The notes beneath the pieces were generated by a model, which was not told where the DNA came from, ran no database searches, and saw nothing but the letters and a program-made list of their open reading frames with translations. The position numbers and the translations under genes were made by a program. A stretch of 64,000 nucleotides of DNA from Alphaproteobacteria bacterium (GTDB taxonomy: Bacteria; Pseudomonadota; Alphaproteobacteria; Bin95): positions 192,001-256,000 of the forward strand of contig CAXXWS020000004.1 in NCBI GenBank assembly GCA_963665325.3, read 5' to 3'. This document shows positions 8,919-24,059 of the stretch, piece by piece. Position 1 is the first letter of the stretch. The number at the start of each line of letters is the position of its first letter.

Positions 8919-10270
8919 CCGCGCGGCGGAAGGCCGGCGAGCAGGCGGTCCACCATCTCCGGCGCCTCGCCCACATAGTTGCCGGGCTCGCAAAGCTGCG
9001 CGAGTGCGTCGCGGTCGAGCTTGGCCGTTACCTCAGGCATGTCCAGCAGCACGTCCAGCAGGGCGCGACGCTCGTCGGTCGCGATACGGCAGGCTTCATA
9101 GACGAGGTCGTGCGCCGCCTGCCGGCCGAGTGCGGGCGCAAGGCCCATCATCACCGCTTCGGAGACGATCAGCCCGCGCGTCATGTCCATATTGGCCCGC
9201 ATGGCTTCCGGATTGACGCGCAGGCCGTCCATCAGGAAACGCGCCTGGGCAAGCGCGCCGGACGCCAGCACGAAGGCTTCCGGAAGCGCCGCCCATTCCA
9301 CGTGCCACGGCCCGGTGGAGCGCTCAAGGTCGGCTGCCATTGCGTCCATGACAAGGGCGGCCCGGCTCTGGACCTGCTTGGCGCAGGCGAGAATGAGTTC
9401 GCTGGAGACCGGGTTGCGCTTCTGCGGCATGGTGGAGGACCCGCCGCGGCCGGGCGCGAAGGGTTCGAAGACCTCGCCCGTCTCGGTCGCGGTCAGCAGC
9501 ACCACGTCGGTCGCGATCTTGGCGAGCGAGCCGGTGACGAGCGCGAGGAAGGCCAGCGTCTCGGCGATGGTGTCGCGCGCGGTGTGCCAGGCGATGGCGG
9601 GCCGGGCGAGGCCGAGCTCCTCCATCAGCGCGTCCGAAACTTCCAGTCCCCGGCCGTGCAGCGAAGCGAGCGTTCCGGCCGCGCCCGAGAACTGGCCCAT
9701 GAGCACGCGCGGACGCAATTGTTCGAGCCGCTCCAGATGGCGCTCGATCGGCGCCAGCCACACCGCCGCCTTGTAGCCGAAGGTGATGGGGAGCGCGTGC
9801 TGGAGGTGCGAGCGCCCGGCCATTGGCGTGTCGCGATATTTGCGGGCAAGGCGCGCAAGGCCGTCCCGGACGGCGATGAGGTCCGCTTCCACAAGGTCGA
9901 GCGCATCGCGGATCTGGAGCACGACGCCCGTGTCCTTGATGTCCTGCGTGGTCGTGCCCCAATGGACGTAGCGTCCCGCATCCCCCTCGCAGAGCGCGGC
10001 AAGGCGGTGCACCAGCGGCATGATGGCGTAGCCGACGCGGTCGACCTCCTCGCGCATGAGGTCCATGTCGATCAGGTCCGCGTCCGCCTTGCCGGAAATC
10101 TGGGCCGCCGCGTCCTCCGGGATTATTCCGAGCCGGCCCTGGACCCGGGCCAGCGCCGCCTCGACATCCAGCCATTTCTGCACTTGGCCGCGCTCGGAAA
10201 ACACCGCCCGCATCGCGTCCGAGCCGAAGAGGTTCCCGTAGATCCCGCTGTCGATGATGGAGACTGGCAT
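8915..10270 (-). CDS. pcaB: Fumarase/ASL-superfamily lyase, 3-carboxy-cis,cis-muconate cycloisomerase-like
   Basis: GGSSTMPQKRNP signature, HWGTTTQD, GRSHLQHA. Confidence 0.7.
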   Translation of the reverse strand: MPVSIIDSGIYGNLFGSDAMRAVFSERGQVQKWLDVEAALARVQGRLGIIPEDAAAQISGKADADLIDMDLMREEVDRVGYAIMPLVHRLAALCEGDAGRYVHWGTTTQDIKDTGVVLQIRDALDLVEADLIAVRDGLARLARKYRDTPMAGRSHLQHALPITFGYKAAVWLAPIERHLERLEQLRPRVLMGQFSGAAGTLASLHGRGLEVSDALMEELGLARPAIAWHTARDTIAETLAFLALVTGSLAKIATDVVLLTATETGEVFEPFAPGRGGSSTMPQKRNPVSSELILACAKQVQSRAALVMDAMAADLERSTGPWHVEWAALPEAFVLASGALAQARFLMDGLRVNPEAMRANMDMTRGLIVSEAVMMGLAPALGRQAAHDLVYEACRIATDERRALLDVLLDMPEVTAKLDRDALAQLCEPGNYVGEAPEMVDRLLAGLPPRG

Positions 10271-10403
10271 TGCCCCGCATTCCCCCGCTGCCGCCGGCGC
10301 GCGCAGCCTAGAGCGTTTCGCGCCACGCCGAAATCGCCCGGCGCTTGCGGGCCCGGTAGTGCAAAGGCAGTCTATCGGAGCAATTGCGGAGGGAAGCCGG
10401 GCG

Positions 10404-11108
10404 ATGGTGAAAGCGCTCCTGTTCGATGTGTTCGGCACGGTGGTGGACTGGCGGGGATCGGTAGCGCGCGAGGCGCGCAAGGCGCTGGCGCCGAAGGGCT
10501 ACGACCTCGACTGGCACGGTTTCGCGCGGCGCTGGCGGGACCGCTACCAACCCGCGATGGAGGAGGTCCGCAGCGGGGCGAGGCCCTACACCATCCTCGA
10601 CGTGCTGCACCGGGAGAATCTGGAGGCCCTGCTTGAGGAGTTCGGCGTGGCCGGCCTGAGCGAGGCCGAGAAGGACGATCTCAACCGCGCCTGGCACCGG
10701 CTGGACCCGTGGCCGGACGCGGTGCTGGGCCTTACACGGCTCAAGCGCAAATTCATCGTCGGCACCTGCTCCAACGGCAATATCGCGCTCATGGTGAACA
10801 TGGCCCGCCATGCGCGACTGCCCTGGGACGCGATCCTGGGGGCGGAGGTCGCCCGGGCCTACAAGCCGCAGCCGGACGCCTACCGCCTGAGCTGCGAGGC
10901 GCTCGGCCTCGCGCCGGAGGAAGCGATGATGACGGCCGCCCACAATGGCGACCTGCACGCCGCGGCCGCGCAGGGCATGGCGACGGCGTTCGTGGCGCGA
11001 CGAACCGAACACGGTCCCGGCCAGACGACGGACCTCGAGGCCGACCCCGGATTTACCGTTGTCGCGGAAGACTTCATCGACCTCGCGGACCGGCTCGGCT
11101 GCCCCTGA
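10404..11108 (+). CDS. Haloacid dehalogenase type II
   Basis: FDVFGTVVDW, SNGN, YKP, AAHNGDL motifs. Confidence 0.9.
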   Translation: MVKALLFDVFGTVVDWRGSVAREARKALAPKGYDLDWHGFARRWRDRYQPAMEEVRSGARPYTILDVLHRENLEALLEEFGVAGLSEAEKDDLNRAWHRLDPWPDAVLGLTRLKRKFIVGTCSNGNIALMVNMARHARLPWDAILGAEVARAYKPQPDAYRLSCEALGLAPEEAMMTAAHNGDLHAAAAQGMATAFVARRTEHGPGQTTDLEADPGFTVVAEDFIDLADRLGCP

Positions 11109-11138
11109 CGGCGCGCGGCGGAAAGGCCCCACCGCGAT

Positions 11139-11519
11139 GTCATGATGTGTCATGTTTCGTCATGGTTCGGCGGCTGGCGGCCGGCGCTCCGGGTCTTCCG
11201 TCCGGTTTCCTGTTTTCGCCATGGTCTCTCCTTTCCGTCCGTCTTCGTTCCACTTCCGCCGCCGACAGTTTGCCCGAGCGGCGGGTCCCTGTTTCGCGCG
11301 TATCGCGCGCGGGAGGGCGCGCCCGTTAGCGCCGGCGCGCAGGAACCCAGGCGCAGGACGCACGTCACCCGTCGGTTTAATGGGGGTCTTTTTTCGCGCC
11401 GGCGCGAAACGGGAAAGGAAGCGGCTCCGCGGACACCGCCTCCTTCCTCCTCGCTCCATACTACCACAGATATTCTGAGGTCAAGAAAAATTAGGAATTA
11501 TTGCGAAATATTTTAGAAC
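11139..11519 (-). mobile_element. Unclassified dispersed element, internally deleted copy B
   Basis: Reverse complement aligns with 2786-3026 and about 4075-4138; GTCATG at 11139, 11149 and 11159. Confidence 0.55.
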
Positions 11520-11618
11520 AAGAATCAACCTGCACGCTCCAGGCGGCGCGCCGAGAAAGGAAAATTCCGGAATCTCGCGCCGGCCCCCATTATCGGGTCC
11601 GGTCGGGGACCGTCCGGG

Positions 11619-12206
11619 TCAGGCGGCCAGCGCCTCCTCGACGAAGTCGAGCCGGTCCTGGCCGAAGAACATCTCGTCGCCGACGAAGAAGGTGGGCGCG
11701 CCAAACACGCCGCGCGCCACCGCCTCTTCGGTATTGGCGATCAATTGCTGCTTGATCCCCGGCTCCTGCGTGGCGGCGAACAGCGCATCGGCGTCGAGTC
11801 CGGCGGCAGTGACGACCTCGCGCAGCACATCGAGGTCGCCGGTGTTCCTGCCCTCGACCCACATCGCCGTGAACACGGCATCGGCATAGGTCTTGAAATA
11901 GCCGTCGCGCTGGGCGGCGAGGCAGCCGCGCATGAGGCCGAGCGTCATGATCGGGAAGAACGGGTTGCGCTGGAACGGCACGCCGTAGCGTTTGGCGAAA
12001 CGTGGAAGGTCGATGCCGTAATAGGCGGACTTGGCCTCCACGGTGCCCGGCGGCGTATTGCCCGTCGCCTTGAAGATGCCGCCGAGCAGCATCGGCTTCC
12101 AGGCGATCTCCGCTCCGGTGCGCTCGGCGATGCCGGGCATCTGCGTGTGGGCGAGATAAGCGGTCGGCGAGCCGACATCGAACCAGAATTCAAGGCGTTT
12201 CGGCAT
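11619..12206 (-). CDS. 2-hydroxychromene-2-carboxylate isomerase / DsbA-kappa GST family
   Basis: [33 protein letters not shown]. Confidence 0.9.
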   Translation of the reverse strand: MPKRLEFWFDVGSPTAYLAHTQMPGIAERTGAEIAWKPMLLGGIFKATGNTPPGTVEAKSAYYGIDLPRFAKRYGVPFQRNPFFPIMTLGLMRGCLAAQRDGYFKTYADAVFTAMWVEGRNTGDLDVLREVVTAAGLDADALFAATQEPGIKQQLIANTEEAVARGVFGAPTFFVGDEMFFGQDRLDFVEEALAA

Positions 12207-12357
12207 GGGGGTGTCCCGTCTCCTCGGCGTTCGCCGGACTATAGCGGTTATGCAGCGGCTGGAAACGCCCTTCGCCTGTTGCAGAGAGGTCGCCGCATTG
12301 ACAGGACAGGCCGGTTCGGGAATGGTCCGGGGCCTTTTTCGGGGGGAGGGATCGCGC

Positions 12358-13200
12358 ATGTCGGACGGGACGATGCAAGCCGCCATCGACCGCGCCTGGG
12401 AGGACCGGGCCGGGATCGGGCCGGACACGAAAGGCGAGGCGCGCGAGGCCATCGAGGCGGCGCTCGACGCGCTCGACCGCGGCGAGGTGCGCGTCGCCGA
12501 GAAGGCGGACGGCGCATGGCATGTCCATCAATGGTGCAAGAAGGCGGTGCTGCTCTCCTTCCGGCTCGCCGATTCCGCCCCGGTCTCCGGCGGGCCGGAC
12601 GGCGCGCCCTGGTACGACAAGGTGCCCTCCAAGTTCGAGGGCTGGGACGCGGCCCGCTTCGCCGAGGCCGGCTTCCGCGCCGTGCCCAACTGCGCCGTCC
12701 GGCACTCGGCCTATATCGCGCCCGGCGCCGTGCTGATGCCCTGCTTCGTGAATGTCGGGGCCTGGGTCGGCGAGAACACGATGATCGACACTTGGTCCAC
12801 GGTCGGCTCCTGCGCCCAGGTGGGCGCCAACTGCCACATCTCCGGCGGCGTCGGGCTCGGCGGCGTGCTGGAGCCGCTCCAGGCAGAGCCGGTGATCGTC
12901 GAGGACAACTGCTTCATCGGCGCGCGCAGCGAGGTCGTGGAAGGCGTGATCGTCGGCGAGGGCGCGGTTCTCGCCATGGGCACCTTCATCTCCGCCACCA
13001 CCAAGATCGTGAACCGGGACACGGGCGAGGTGCATACGGGCCGCGTGCCGCCCTACGCCGTGGTCGTGCCGGGAAGCCTGCCGGGCCGGCCGCTGCCGGA
13101 CGGCAGCCCGGGGCCGAACCTCTCCTGCGCCGTCATCGTGAAGACGGTGGACGCGCAGACCCGCGCCAAGACGGCCATCAACGACCTGCTGCGCGACTGA
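12358..13200 (+). CDS. dapD: Tetrahydrodipicolinate N-succinyltransferase
   Basis: [35 protein letters not shown]. Confidence 0.96.
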   Translation: MSDGTMQAAIDRAWEDRAGIGPDTKGEAREAIEAALDALDRGEVRVAEKADGAWHVHQWCKKAVLLSFRLADSAPVSGGPDGAPWYDKVPSKFEGWDAARFAEAGFRAVPNCAVRHSAYIAPGAVLMPCFVNVGAWVGENTMIDTWSTVGSCAQVGANCHISGGVGLGGVLEPLQAEPVIVEDNCFIGARSEVVEGVIVGEGAVLAMGTFISATTKIVNRDTGEVHTGRVPPYAVVVPGSLPGRPLPDGSPGPNLSCAVIVKTVDAQTRAKTAINDLLRD

Positions 13201-14333
13201 TGTCCGGGGGCGCACTCGATCTCGCCCGCACCCTGATCCGCTGCCCGAGCGTCACGCCGGCCGACGAAGGCGCGCTGGACGTGCTGGAGGCGGCGCTCCG
13301 GCCGCTCGGCTTCGCCTCCGAGCGGATGCCTTTCAGCACGCCGGGCACGCCGGACATCGACAATCTCTACGCCCGGCGCGGCAGCGAGGGGCCGTTGTTC
13401 TGCTTCGCCGGGCATACCGATGTGGTGCCCGTGGGCGACCCTGCCGACTGGAGCGTACCGCCCTTCTCGGCAACGGTCGCCGACGGTCGGCTTACCGGGC
13501 GCGGCGCGGCGGACATGAAGGGAGCGATCGCGGCCTTCGTCACCGCCGTCTCCCGCCTCGGCCCGGTTCCGGGCTCCATCGCGCTGCTCATCACCGGTGA
13601 CGAGGAAGGGCCGGCGGTCAACGGCACCCGGCGGATGCTGGAACGGTTGGCGGCGCGCGGCGAGCGCATGGACGCCTGCGTCGTCGGCGAGCCGACCAAT
13701 CCCGCGCGGTTCGGCGAGATGATCAAGATCGGCCGGCGCGGTTCGCTGAACGGGCGTCTGGCCGTGGAAGGAGTCCAAGGCCATGCCGCCTATCCGGACC
13801 GGGCGGACAACCCCGTACATCCGCTGGTCGCCATGGCGCACGCGCTCGCGACCGCCCGGCTCGACGAAGGCACGGACCATTTCCAGCCCTCCTCGCTGCA
13901 GGTCACCAGCGTCGATGTCGGCAACCCGACCACCAACCTGATCCCCGCCCGCGGGGAAGCGCGCTTCAACATACGCTTCAACGACCGCCATACGGGCGCC
14001 GGGCTCGAAGAGTGGCTGCGGCGCGAATTGGACCGGCAAGGGCACGCCTATACTCTGGAGGTCTCGGTCAGTGGCGAGTCCTTCCTTACGCCGCCGGGAC
14101 CGCTGGTGGACCTTGCGGCCGACGCGATGCGGTCGGTTACGGGCCGGATGCCGGAGCTGTCGACTTCCGGCGGCACGTCGGACGCGCGCTTCATCAAGGA
14201 TTATTGCCCGGTCGTCGAACTCGGCCTGGTGAGCGAGACCGCCCATAAGGTGGACGAATATCTGGAAGTCGAGGACCTCGAGAACCTGACGCGCGTTTAC
14301 GAGGCGATGCTGGCGGGCTATTTCCTCTCCTGA
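13200..14333 (+). CDS. dapE: Succinyl-diaminopimelate desuccinylase
   Basis: [39 protein letters not shown]. Confidence 0.95.
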   Translation: MSGGALDLARTLIRCPSVTPADEGALDVLEAALRPLGFASERMPFSTPGTPDIDNLYARRGSEGPLFCFAGHTDVVPVGDPADWSVPPFSATVADGRLTGRGAADMKGAIAAFVTAVSRLGPVPGSIALLITGDEEGPAVNGTRRMLERLAARGERMDACVVGEPTNPARFGEMIKIGRRGSLNGRLAVEGVQGHAAYPDRADNPVHPLVAMAHALATARLDEGTDHFQPSSLQVTSVDVGNPTTNLIPARGEARFNIRFNDRHTGAGLEEWLRRELDRQGHAYTLEVSVSGESFLTPPGPLVDLAADAMRSVTGRMPELSTSGGTSDARFIKDYCPVVELGLVSETAHKVDEYLEVEDLENLTRVYEAMLAGYFLS

Positions 14334-14356
14334 CACCGCTCGGGAGAGCGTTTCGG

Positions 14357-14899
14357 ATGCTCTGGGAAATACGGACGGGTTGCGCCGCAGCAATCGCACT
14401 GGCAGGCGGGAACACGCAACCGGTTTCCGCTCTGACGGACTTCTGGCGCTCTTTCCGCGCAGCCGTCGTCGCGTTTCCTCTTTCCCTGCTGATGCTCGCC
14501 CTGGCCCCGCACGATCTCGAGGTCACGGGAAAGTTGGTTGCATCGGATATCTTCGGTTACATCATCACCTGGACGGCCTTTCCGCTCATCGCCGTCTATG
14601 TGGCGGACCGGATGCAGGTCTTCCCGAACTACTGGCGGTTCATCGTCGCCACAAATTGGGCGAACCTGCTGCAGAGCGCGGTCTTCACCCTCGTCATCCT
14701 GGTCAGTGCATCCGGCGCATTGCCCGAACCGATCGCGGCGATGTTATTCATGGCGGTCTGGTTCTGGATTCTCCTGTTCAAATGGCGCCTCGCGCGCCAT
14801 GGTCTCGGGATTGCGCACTTCCCTGCGGTCAGCATCGTCCTGCTCGATCTCGCGCTCCGTCTCGTCGCCGCCCGGGCAACGATATGGTTCGGCAGTTGA
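14357..14899 (+). CDS. Hypothetical membrane protein
   Basis: Multiple hydrophobic segments; FWRSF and FIVATNW motifs. Confidence 0.65.
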   Translation: MLWEIRTGCAAAIALAGGNTQPVSALTDFWRSFRAAVVAFPLSLLMLALAPHDLEVTGKLVASDIFGYIITWTAFPLIAVYVADRMQVFPNYWRFIVATNWANLLQSAVFTLVILVSASGALPEPIAAMLFMAVWFWILLFKWRLARHGLGIAHFPAVSIVLLDLALRLVAARATIWFGS

Positions 14900-14932
14900 G
14901 AGGTCGGGACTTCGCGGCGGGCGGGCGCGATG

Positions 14933-14962
14933 TTGACAACGGGCGGACCGGACGAGTAGAAG
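14933..14962 (+). promoter_or_regulatory. Candidate sigma70 promoter for rpmJ
   Basis: TTGACA (14933-14938) with a TAGAAG-like -10 about 18 nt later. Confidence 0.4.
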
Positions 14963-14990
14963 CCGGGGCTTCCGGGCCGGGAAAGATTCG

Positions 14991-15116
14991 ATGAAAGTCG
15001 TTCGTTCGCTGAAGACATTGAAGAAGCGCCACAAGGACTCGCAGGTCGTGAGGCGGCGCGGCCGCATCTATGTGATCAACAAGACCAACCGCCGGTTCAA
15101 GGCCCGGCAGGGCTAG
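14991..15116 (+). CDS. rpmJ: 50S ribosomal protein L36 (type B, Cys-free)
   Basis: Manual translation [41 protein letters not shown] (41 aa); below the ORF-track length cutoff. Confidence 0.96.
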   Translation: MKVVRSLKTLKKRHKDSQVVRRRGRIYVINKTNRRFKARQG

Positions 15117-15120
15117 AGCA

Positions 15121-15666
15121 CTGCGCGCGCTGGCGTTCGCGATCCTTATTGCGCTTTCGGGCGGCATCGCCGCCGCCGACCAGAACGATCCGGAACTGCC
15201 AGCGCTGTTCGAACGCCTTCGGCAACCGATGACTCCGCAGGAAGCGGCGGAGGTGGATCAACGTATCTGGCAGCTCTGGCTGCATTCCGACGACAAGGCG
15301 GTCAACCGTCTCATGGCCCAGGGTGTGATTGCGATGCAGCGGGGCGCGCTCGACCGAGCGCTCGACCGTTTCGGCGAAATTACCAGACGGGCGCCCGATT
15401 TCGCGGAAGGCTGGAACAAGCGCGCCACCGTCCTCTACATGATGGGGCGTCATCGTGAGTCCGTGGCCGATGTGCAGCAGGTGCTCAATCTGGAACCGCG
15501 CCACTATGGCGCGCTGTCCGGCCTCGGCTTGATCCTGGTTGCGCTCGGCCGGGAGGAGGACGCGCTGAAATGGCTCCGCCGCGCCTTGGAACTGAACCCT
15601 TACCTCGACGGGATCCGCGTCCTGGCGGATGATCTCGGCGAGCGCCTGAAGGGCAAACGGATATGA
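15121..15666 (+). CDS. TPR-repeat protein, probably exported (start uncertain; first ATG at 15229)
   Basis: PDFAEGWNKRAT, LEPRHYGALSGLG; in-frame upstream signal-like LRALAFAILIALSGGIAAADQ. Confidence 0.8.
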   Translation: MRALAFAILIALSGGIAAADQNDPELPALFERLRQPMTPQEAAEVDQRIWQLWLHSDDKAVNRLMAQGVIAMQRGALDRALDRFGEITRRAPDFAEGWNKRATVLYMMGRHRESVADVQQVLNLEPRHYGALSGLGLILVALGREEDALKWLRRALELNPYLDGIRVLADDLGERLKGKRI

Positions 15667-16340
15667 GTCGGCTGCCGGCCGCCACGCTGGCGCAATTGGA
15701 GGCTGCCGGCGTCGAGACCGGCCGCCCATTGTTGATTTCCGATGCGGACGAAGTGCTGTTCCGCTTCGTCGAAACTTTCGTCGGGCATATCGAGGAACAC
15801 GGCTATTCGTTCGACTGGTCGTCTTTTCGCCTTACAGGGAACGTGCGCAGGCAGGTTGACGGCGCGGTGCTGGACCAGTCTCAGGTCTTCGCCCTGTTGC
15901 AGAATTTCTTCGCCGGGTGCGCCGAGGACATCCCGCCGGTGCAGGGCGCAGCGGAAGGGCTCGCCCGCCTTGCGCACGCCGGCGTTCAGATCGTGGTGCT
16001 GACCAATATCCCACCCGCCCAGCGGGACGCCCGGCGGGTGGCGCTGGCACGGAACCGGATGCCCTATCCCGTCGTCGTGAACACGGGAGACAAAGGCCCG
16101 GCGGCAGCCTGGCTTGCGGCGCGGGCCGGAAGCCGCGCCGTCTTCGTCGACGACGGGCCGAACAACCATGTGTCGGTCAAGCAGGCAATGCCCGCCATCA
16201 CATGCCTGCATTTCGTGGCGACCGAGCGCCTTGCACGGCTGGTCGAGAAACCGCCGGAAGCGGACGGTCGTCCTGAGGACTGGCCGGCGCTGGAGCGCGC
16301 CGTCGCGGCCGCGCTCGGCGTTACTTGTGGCGGAACGTGA
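15663..16340 (+). CDS. Conserved HAD-like hypothetical protein
   Basis: [19 protein letters not shown] motifs. Confidence 0.75.
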   Translation: MSRLPAATLAQLEAAGVETGRPLLISDADEVLFRFVETFVGHIEEHGYSFDWSSFRLTGNVRRQVDGAVLDQSQVFALLQNFFAGCAEDIPPVQGAAEGLARLAHAGVQIVVLTNIPPAQRDARRVALARNRMPYPVVVNTGDKGPAAAWLAARAGSRAVFVDDGPNNHVSVKQAMPAITCLHFVATERLARLVEKPPEADGRPEDWPALERAVAAALGVTCGGT

Positions 16341-16539
16341 TCCGTCCCTTGGTCAGGTCGTAGGGCGTCATCTCGACATCCACCCGGTCCCCGACCATGA
16401 CGCGAATACGAAACTTGCGCATCTTGCCTGCGGTGTGCGCGATAATCTCGTGTTCGTTTTCCAGTTTTACGCGAAACATCGCGTTCGGCAGCTTTTCGGT
16501 TACGGTCCCGCCGAAGACCATCATTTCCTCTTTCGACAA
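16321..16539 (-). CDS. infA: Translation initiation factor IF-1
   Basis: [26 protein letters not shown]...[14 protein letters not shown]. Confidence 0.97.
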   Translation of the reverse strand: MSKEEMMVFGGTVTEKLPNAMFRVKLENEHEIIAHTAGKMRKFRIRVMVGDRVDVEMTPYDLTKGRITFRHK

Positions 16540-16599
16540 AGGCAGACGCCCTCCTTTTCGTGTTTACCGGCCCTTTATTCAGGATAGTAGCCGGCCTCG

Positions 16600-21253
<4,654 letters not shown>

Positions 21254-21265
21254 GGCGGCCGGATG

Positions 21266-22279
21266 TTATCCCTTGGGGGCCGCCGGAGGCGCCTGGGCCG
21301 GCTGCTGCGGCGCCTCGCTTGTCCCTCCGGTGCGTTCCCGCTCCATCAGCCGGGCGCGTTCCTTGAGAGCCTCATCTTCGGCCGCCCTCTTTTCCTCCAG
21401 TTCCTTTGCCAGCTCTTCGGCGCGCCCGCCGCCGCCGCCAATGACTTTTTCCGGATCGAACACGGCGTCCCAATTTCTCGAGAACCAGTCTTCATCGCCG
21501 TCTTCAGATCCGCTCTCACCCTTTTCGACGAGGCTGTAACTGTCCACGTACCACTCGTTGCCCGGATAGTTGTGCTGCAGCACGGCGGCAACCCTGACCG
21601 CCTCCTCGTCCAGACCCACGGCCGTATAGGCCTCGGCCAGGCGGTGCAGCGCTTCCGGCACATGGCTGGTGGTCTGGTATTCGTCCGCCACGATGCGGAA
21701 CCGGTTGATCGCGGCCAGCAAATGGCCCTGCCGCAGATAAAAGCGCCCGACGCTCATCTCCTTGCCGGCCAGATGGTCGCGCGTCAGGTCGAGTTTCAGG
21801 CGGGCGTCATTCGCATAGTCGCTGCCCGGGAAGCGCCTCACCACTGCCTCGAGCGACGACCGCGCCCTTCGTGTCACACTCTGGTCGCGTCCGACATCCG
21901 AGATCTGTTCGTAGTAGGCGATCGCCGCCAGATAGTACGCATAAGCCACGTCGGGGTTGCCCGGATGAAGCTCGATATAGCGTCGGAGAGCGGCGATCGC
22001 TTCGTCGTATTCATCCGCCTGGTAATGGGCATAGGCCCCCATCAACTGCGCTTTGGTGGCCCAGACCGAATAGGGGTGTTGGCGTTCCACCTCGTCGAAC
22101 CGCTCGGCAGCGACCACGAAATCGCCTCCCAGCAGCGCATCCATGGAACTGTTGTAGAGCTCCTCCACCGGGCGCTCCACATATTCCTCGCGCTCGTCGG
22201 TACTGCATCCGGAAAGCGTTCCGACGACGAGCAGAGCAACGAGGACATTCCGCCAAAGACAACCGTATGCCCGACTCAC
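21266..22279 (-). CDS. bamD: Outer membrane protein assembly factor BamD
   Basis: Lipobox LSGC, ERQHPYS, YYEQISDVGRDQ, LAGKEMSVGRFY. Confidence 0.93.
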   Translation of the reverse strand: MSRAYGCLWRNVLVALLVVGTLSGCSTDEREEYVERPVEELYNSSMDALLGGDFVVAAERFDEVERQHPYSVWATKAQLMGAYAHYQADEYDEAIAALRRYIELHPGNPDVAYAYYLAAIAYYEQISDVGRDQSVTRRARSSLEAVVRRFPGSDYANDARLKLDLTRDHLAGKEMSVGRFYLRQGHLLAAINRFRIVADEYQTTSHVPEALHRLAEAYTAVGLDEEAVRVAAVLQHNYPGNEWYVDSYSLVEKGESGSEDGDEDWFSRNWDAVFDPEKVIGGGGGRAEELAKELEEKRAAEDEALKERARLMERERTGGTSEAPQQPAQAPPAAPKG

Positions 22280-22343
22280 AGCACCCTCATGGCAACGGGA
22301 AAGGCGGCTTCAGTTTATGGCATACGCGCGTCGAAGCATAGTT

Positions 22344-23282
22344 TCAGGCGACGACCCGTTGCACTTCCGGCTCGGCGCCTTCCAATCGCCACGCCGAATC
22401 GTCGGCGAACAGCGCCCGCAGCACCAGATTGTTGAGCCGGTGACCCGACTTGAAACCCTGGAACGCGCCGAGCAACGGAGCGCCCGCCAGCGCGAGATCG
22501 CCGATGACATCGAGCACCTTGTGGCGCACCGGCTCGTCGGGGTAACGCAGACCGCCGTCGTTCATCACACCGTTCGGGGAAATCGCCACGGCATTGTCCA
22601 GCGAAGCTCCCCTGGCGTAACCCTGCGCCCGCAGCCGTTCCAGCTCATCCAGGAATCCGAAGGTGCGCGCGCGGCCCACCGCCTCCGAAAAGCTCTGCCG
22701 ATCCCAATCGAAGTCGTAACGCTGGACGCCGACATGGGGGTGGTCGTAGTCGATTGTGCAGGAAACCTTGAATCGGTCCGACGGCAGCAACCGGGCCCAG
22801 CTGTCGCCGTCCTGCACCTCGACCGGCTTCAGGATCTCGATCCGACGCCGCGGCCGGGAAGGCTGGGGCCGGACGCCGACGCATCCGATCAGGAAAGTGA
22901 AGTCATCCGAACTGCCGTCCATAATCGGCAATTCCGGTGCATCGACCTCGATTGTGGCATTGTCGATCCCCGCACCGGCCAACGCCGCCAAAACATGTTC
23001 CGGCGTGCTTATGCCGACACCGTATTGGTTGGACAACACCGTGCATAGCGTCGTATCGACGACCATGTCCCATCGCGCAGGCACCACAGCGGCATCGCCC
23101 GCAATATCGAGGCGCCGGAACACAAACCCACGCCCCACAGGGGCCGGTCCGAGGGTCAAATGCACCTTGCGGCCGCTATGGATGCCTATTCCTTCACACG
23201 CAATCGCCGCCCGTAAAGTGCGTTGTCCACCATCCACCCATCTCGAAAGACGTTCGACCGGTTTTCTCTCTCGTTCACTCAT
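22344..23282 (-). CDS. lpxC: UDP-3-O-acyl-GlcNAc deacetylase
   Basis: QRTL, GIGIHSG, STPEH, ELPIMDGS, ARTFG, RHKVLDVIGDL, KSGH. Confidence 0.95.
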   Translation of the reverse strand: MSERERKPVERLSRWVDGGQRTLRAAIACEGIGIHSGRKVHLTLGPAPVGRGFVFRRLDIAGDAAVVPARWDMVVDTTLCTVLSNQYGVGISTPEHVLAALAGAGIDNATIEVDAPELPIMDGSSDDFTFLIGCVGVRPQPSRPRRRIEILKPVEVQDGDSWARLLPSDRFKVSCTIDYDHPHVGVQRYDFDWDRQSFSEAVGRARTFGFLDELERLRAQGYARGASLDNAVAISPNGVMNDGGLRYPDEPVRHKVLDVIGDLALAGAPLLGAFQGFKSGHRLNNLVLRALFADDSAWRLEGAEPEVQRVVA

Positions 23283-23363
23283 TGCGTTGTAATATGGCGT
23301 CCCAAACTGGCGAATCTGCAAGGAGACCATATCGAGGTGTTTCGCAGTCCTACAAGTCACACT

Positions 23364-24059
23364 TTGTTAAGGAATGTTACGGCGGGATCTGCCTGGGGCA
23401 TCCTGCCGCTCAAGAATCCAGAATACGCGAAAACGAGGCTGGCGCCGGCGCTGACACATGAGGAGCGACAGAAATTGTTCCGGGCCATGGCGGAGGATGT
23501 GCTGGCCGCATTGTCCAGCGCCGAAGGTCTGGAGGGGACGGTCGTCGTTACCCGCGACAACTGGGCGCAAGGGCTCGCAGAAGAATACGGGGCCACGATC
23601 CTGGAAGAAACGAAGAATCGGGGCCAGAGCCCTGCCGTCGGCGACGCGGCGGCCGCCCTTGCCAAGGCCGGGGCCGGTGTCGCGTTGGCGCTGCCGGGCG
23701 ATGTGCCGCTTGTCTCGCCAGCGGAAGTCGACCGGGTCCTGGCCGTCCACGGGCCGGCCCCGGCGGTGACCATGACGCCTGCGGCCGACGGGCGGGGGAC
23801 CAATTGCGTAGCCTGCTCGCCGCCCGACATCATCCCGTTCCATTTCGGCCATGACAGCTTCGAGCCCCACAAGGCCGAAGCACTGGCACTCGGCCTCGAG
23901 CCGCGTATCGTCGCAGGCCTGTACGGTATCGCCCTCGATGTGGACAAGCCCGAGGATTTGCGCATGCTGCTTGCGCAGGGCGGCGTCTGTCGGGCGCTCG
24001 AATGGCTGAACGGCACGGACATCCCGGCGCGCCTCGCCGGGGAGGAGAGGAATAAATGA
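23364..24059 (+). CDS. cofC: 2-phospho-L-lactate/PEP guanylyltransferase (start uncertain)
   Basis: ILPLK...AKTRL, AMAEDV, LPGDVP, GRGTN, FGHDSF..H, LDVDKPEDL. Confidence 0.85.
   Translation: MLRNVTAGSAWGILPLKNPEYAKTRLAPALTHEERQKLFRAMAEDVLAALSSAEGLEGTVVVTRDNWAQGLAEEYGATILEETKNRGQSPAVGDAAAALAKAGAGVALALPGDVPLVSPAEVDRVLAVHGPAPAVTMTPAADGRGTNCVACSPPDIIPFHFGHDSFEPHKAEALALGLEPRIVAGLYGIALDVDKPEDLRMLLAQGGVCRALEWLNGTDIPARLAGEERNK

Noticed and set aside
11516-11530. Alphaproteobacterial LexA box (GAAC-N7-GAAC) at the element start
   Set aside because: Only one good half-site in each copy; the second half does not match.
14991-15116. Cys-free L36 as a sign of a zinc-starvation paralogue
   Set aside because: The Cys-free form is the usual L36 in Alphaproteobacteria, and no Zur box was recognised.
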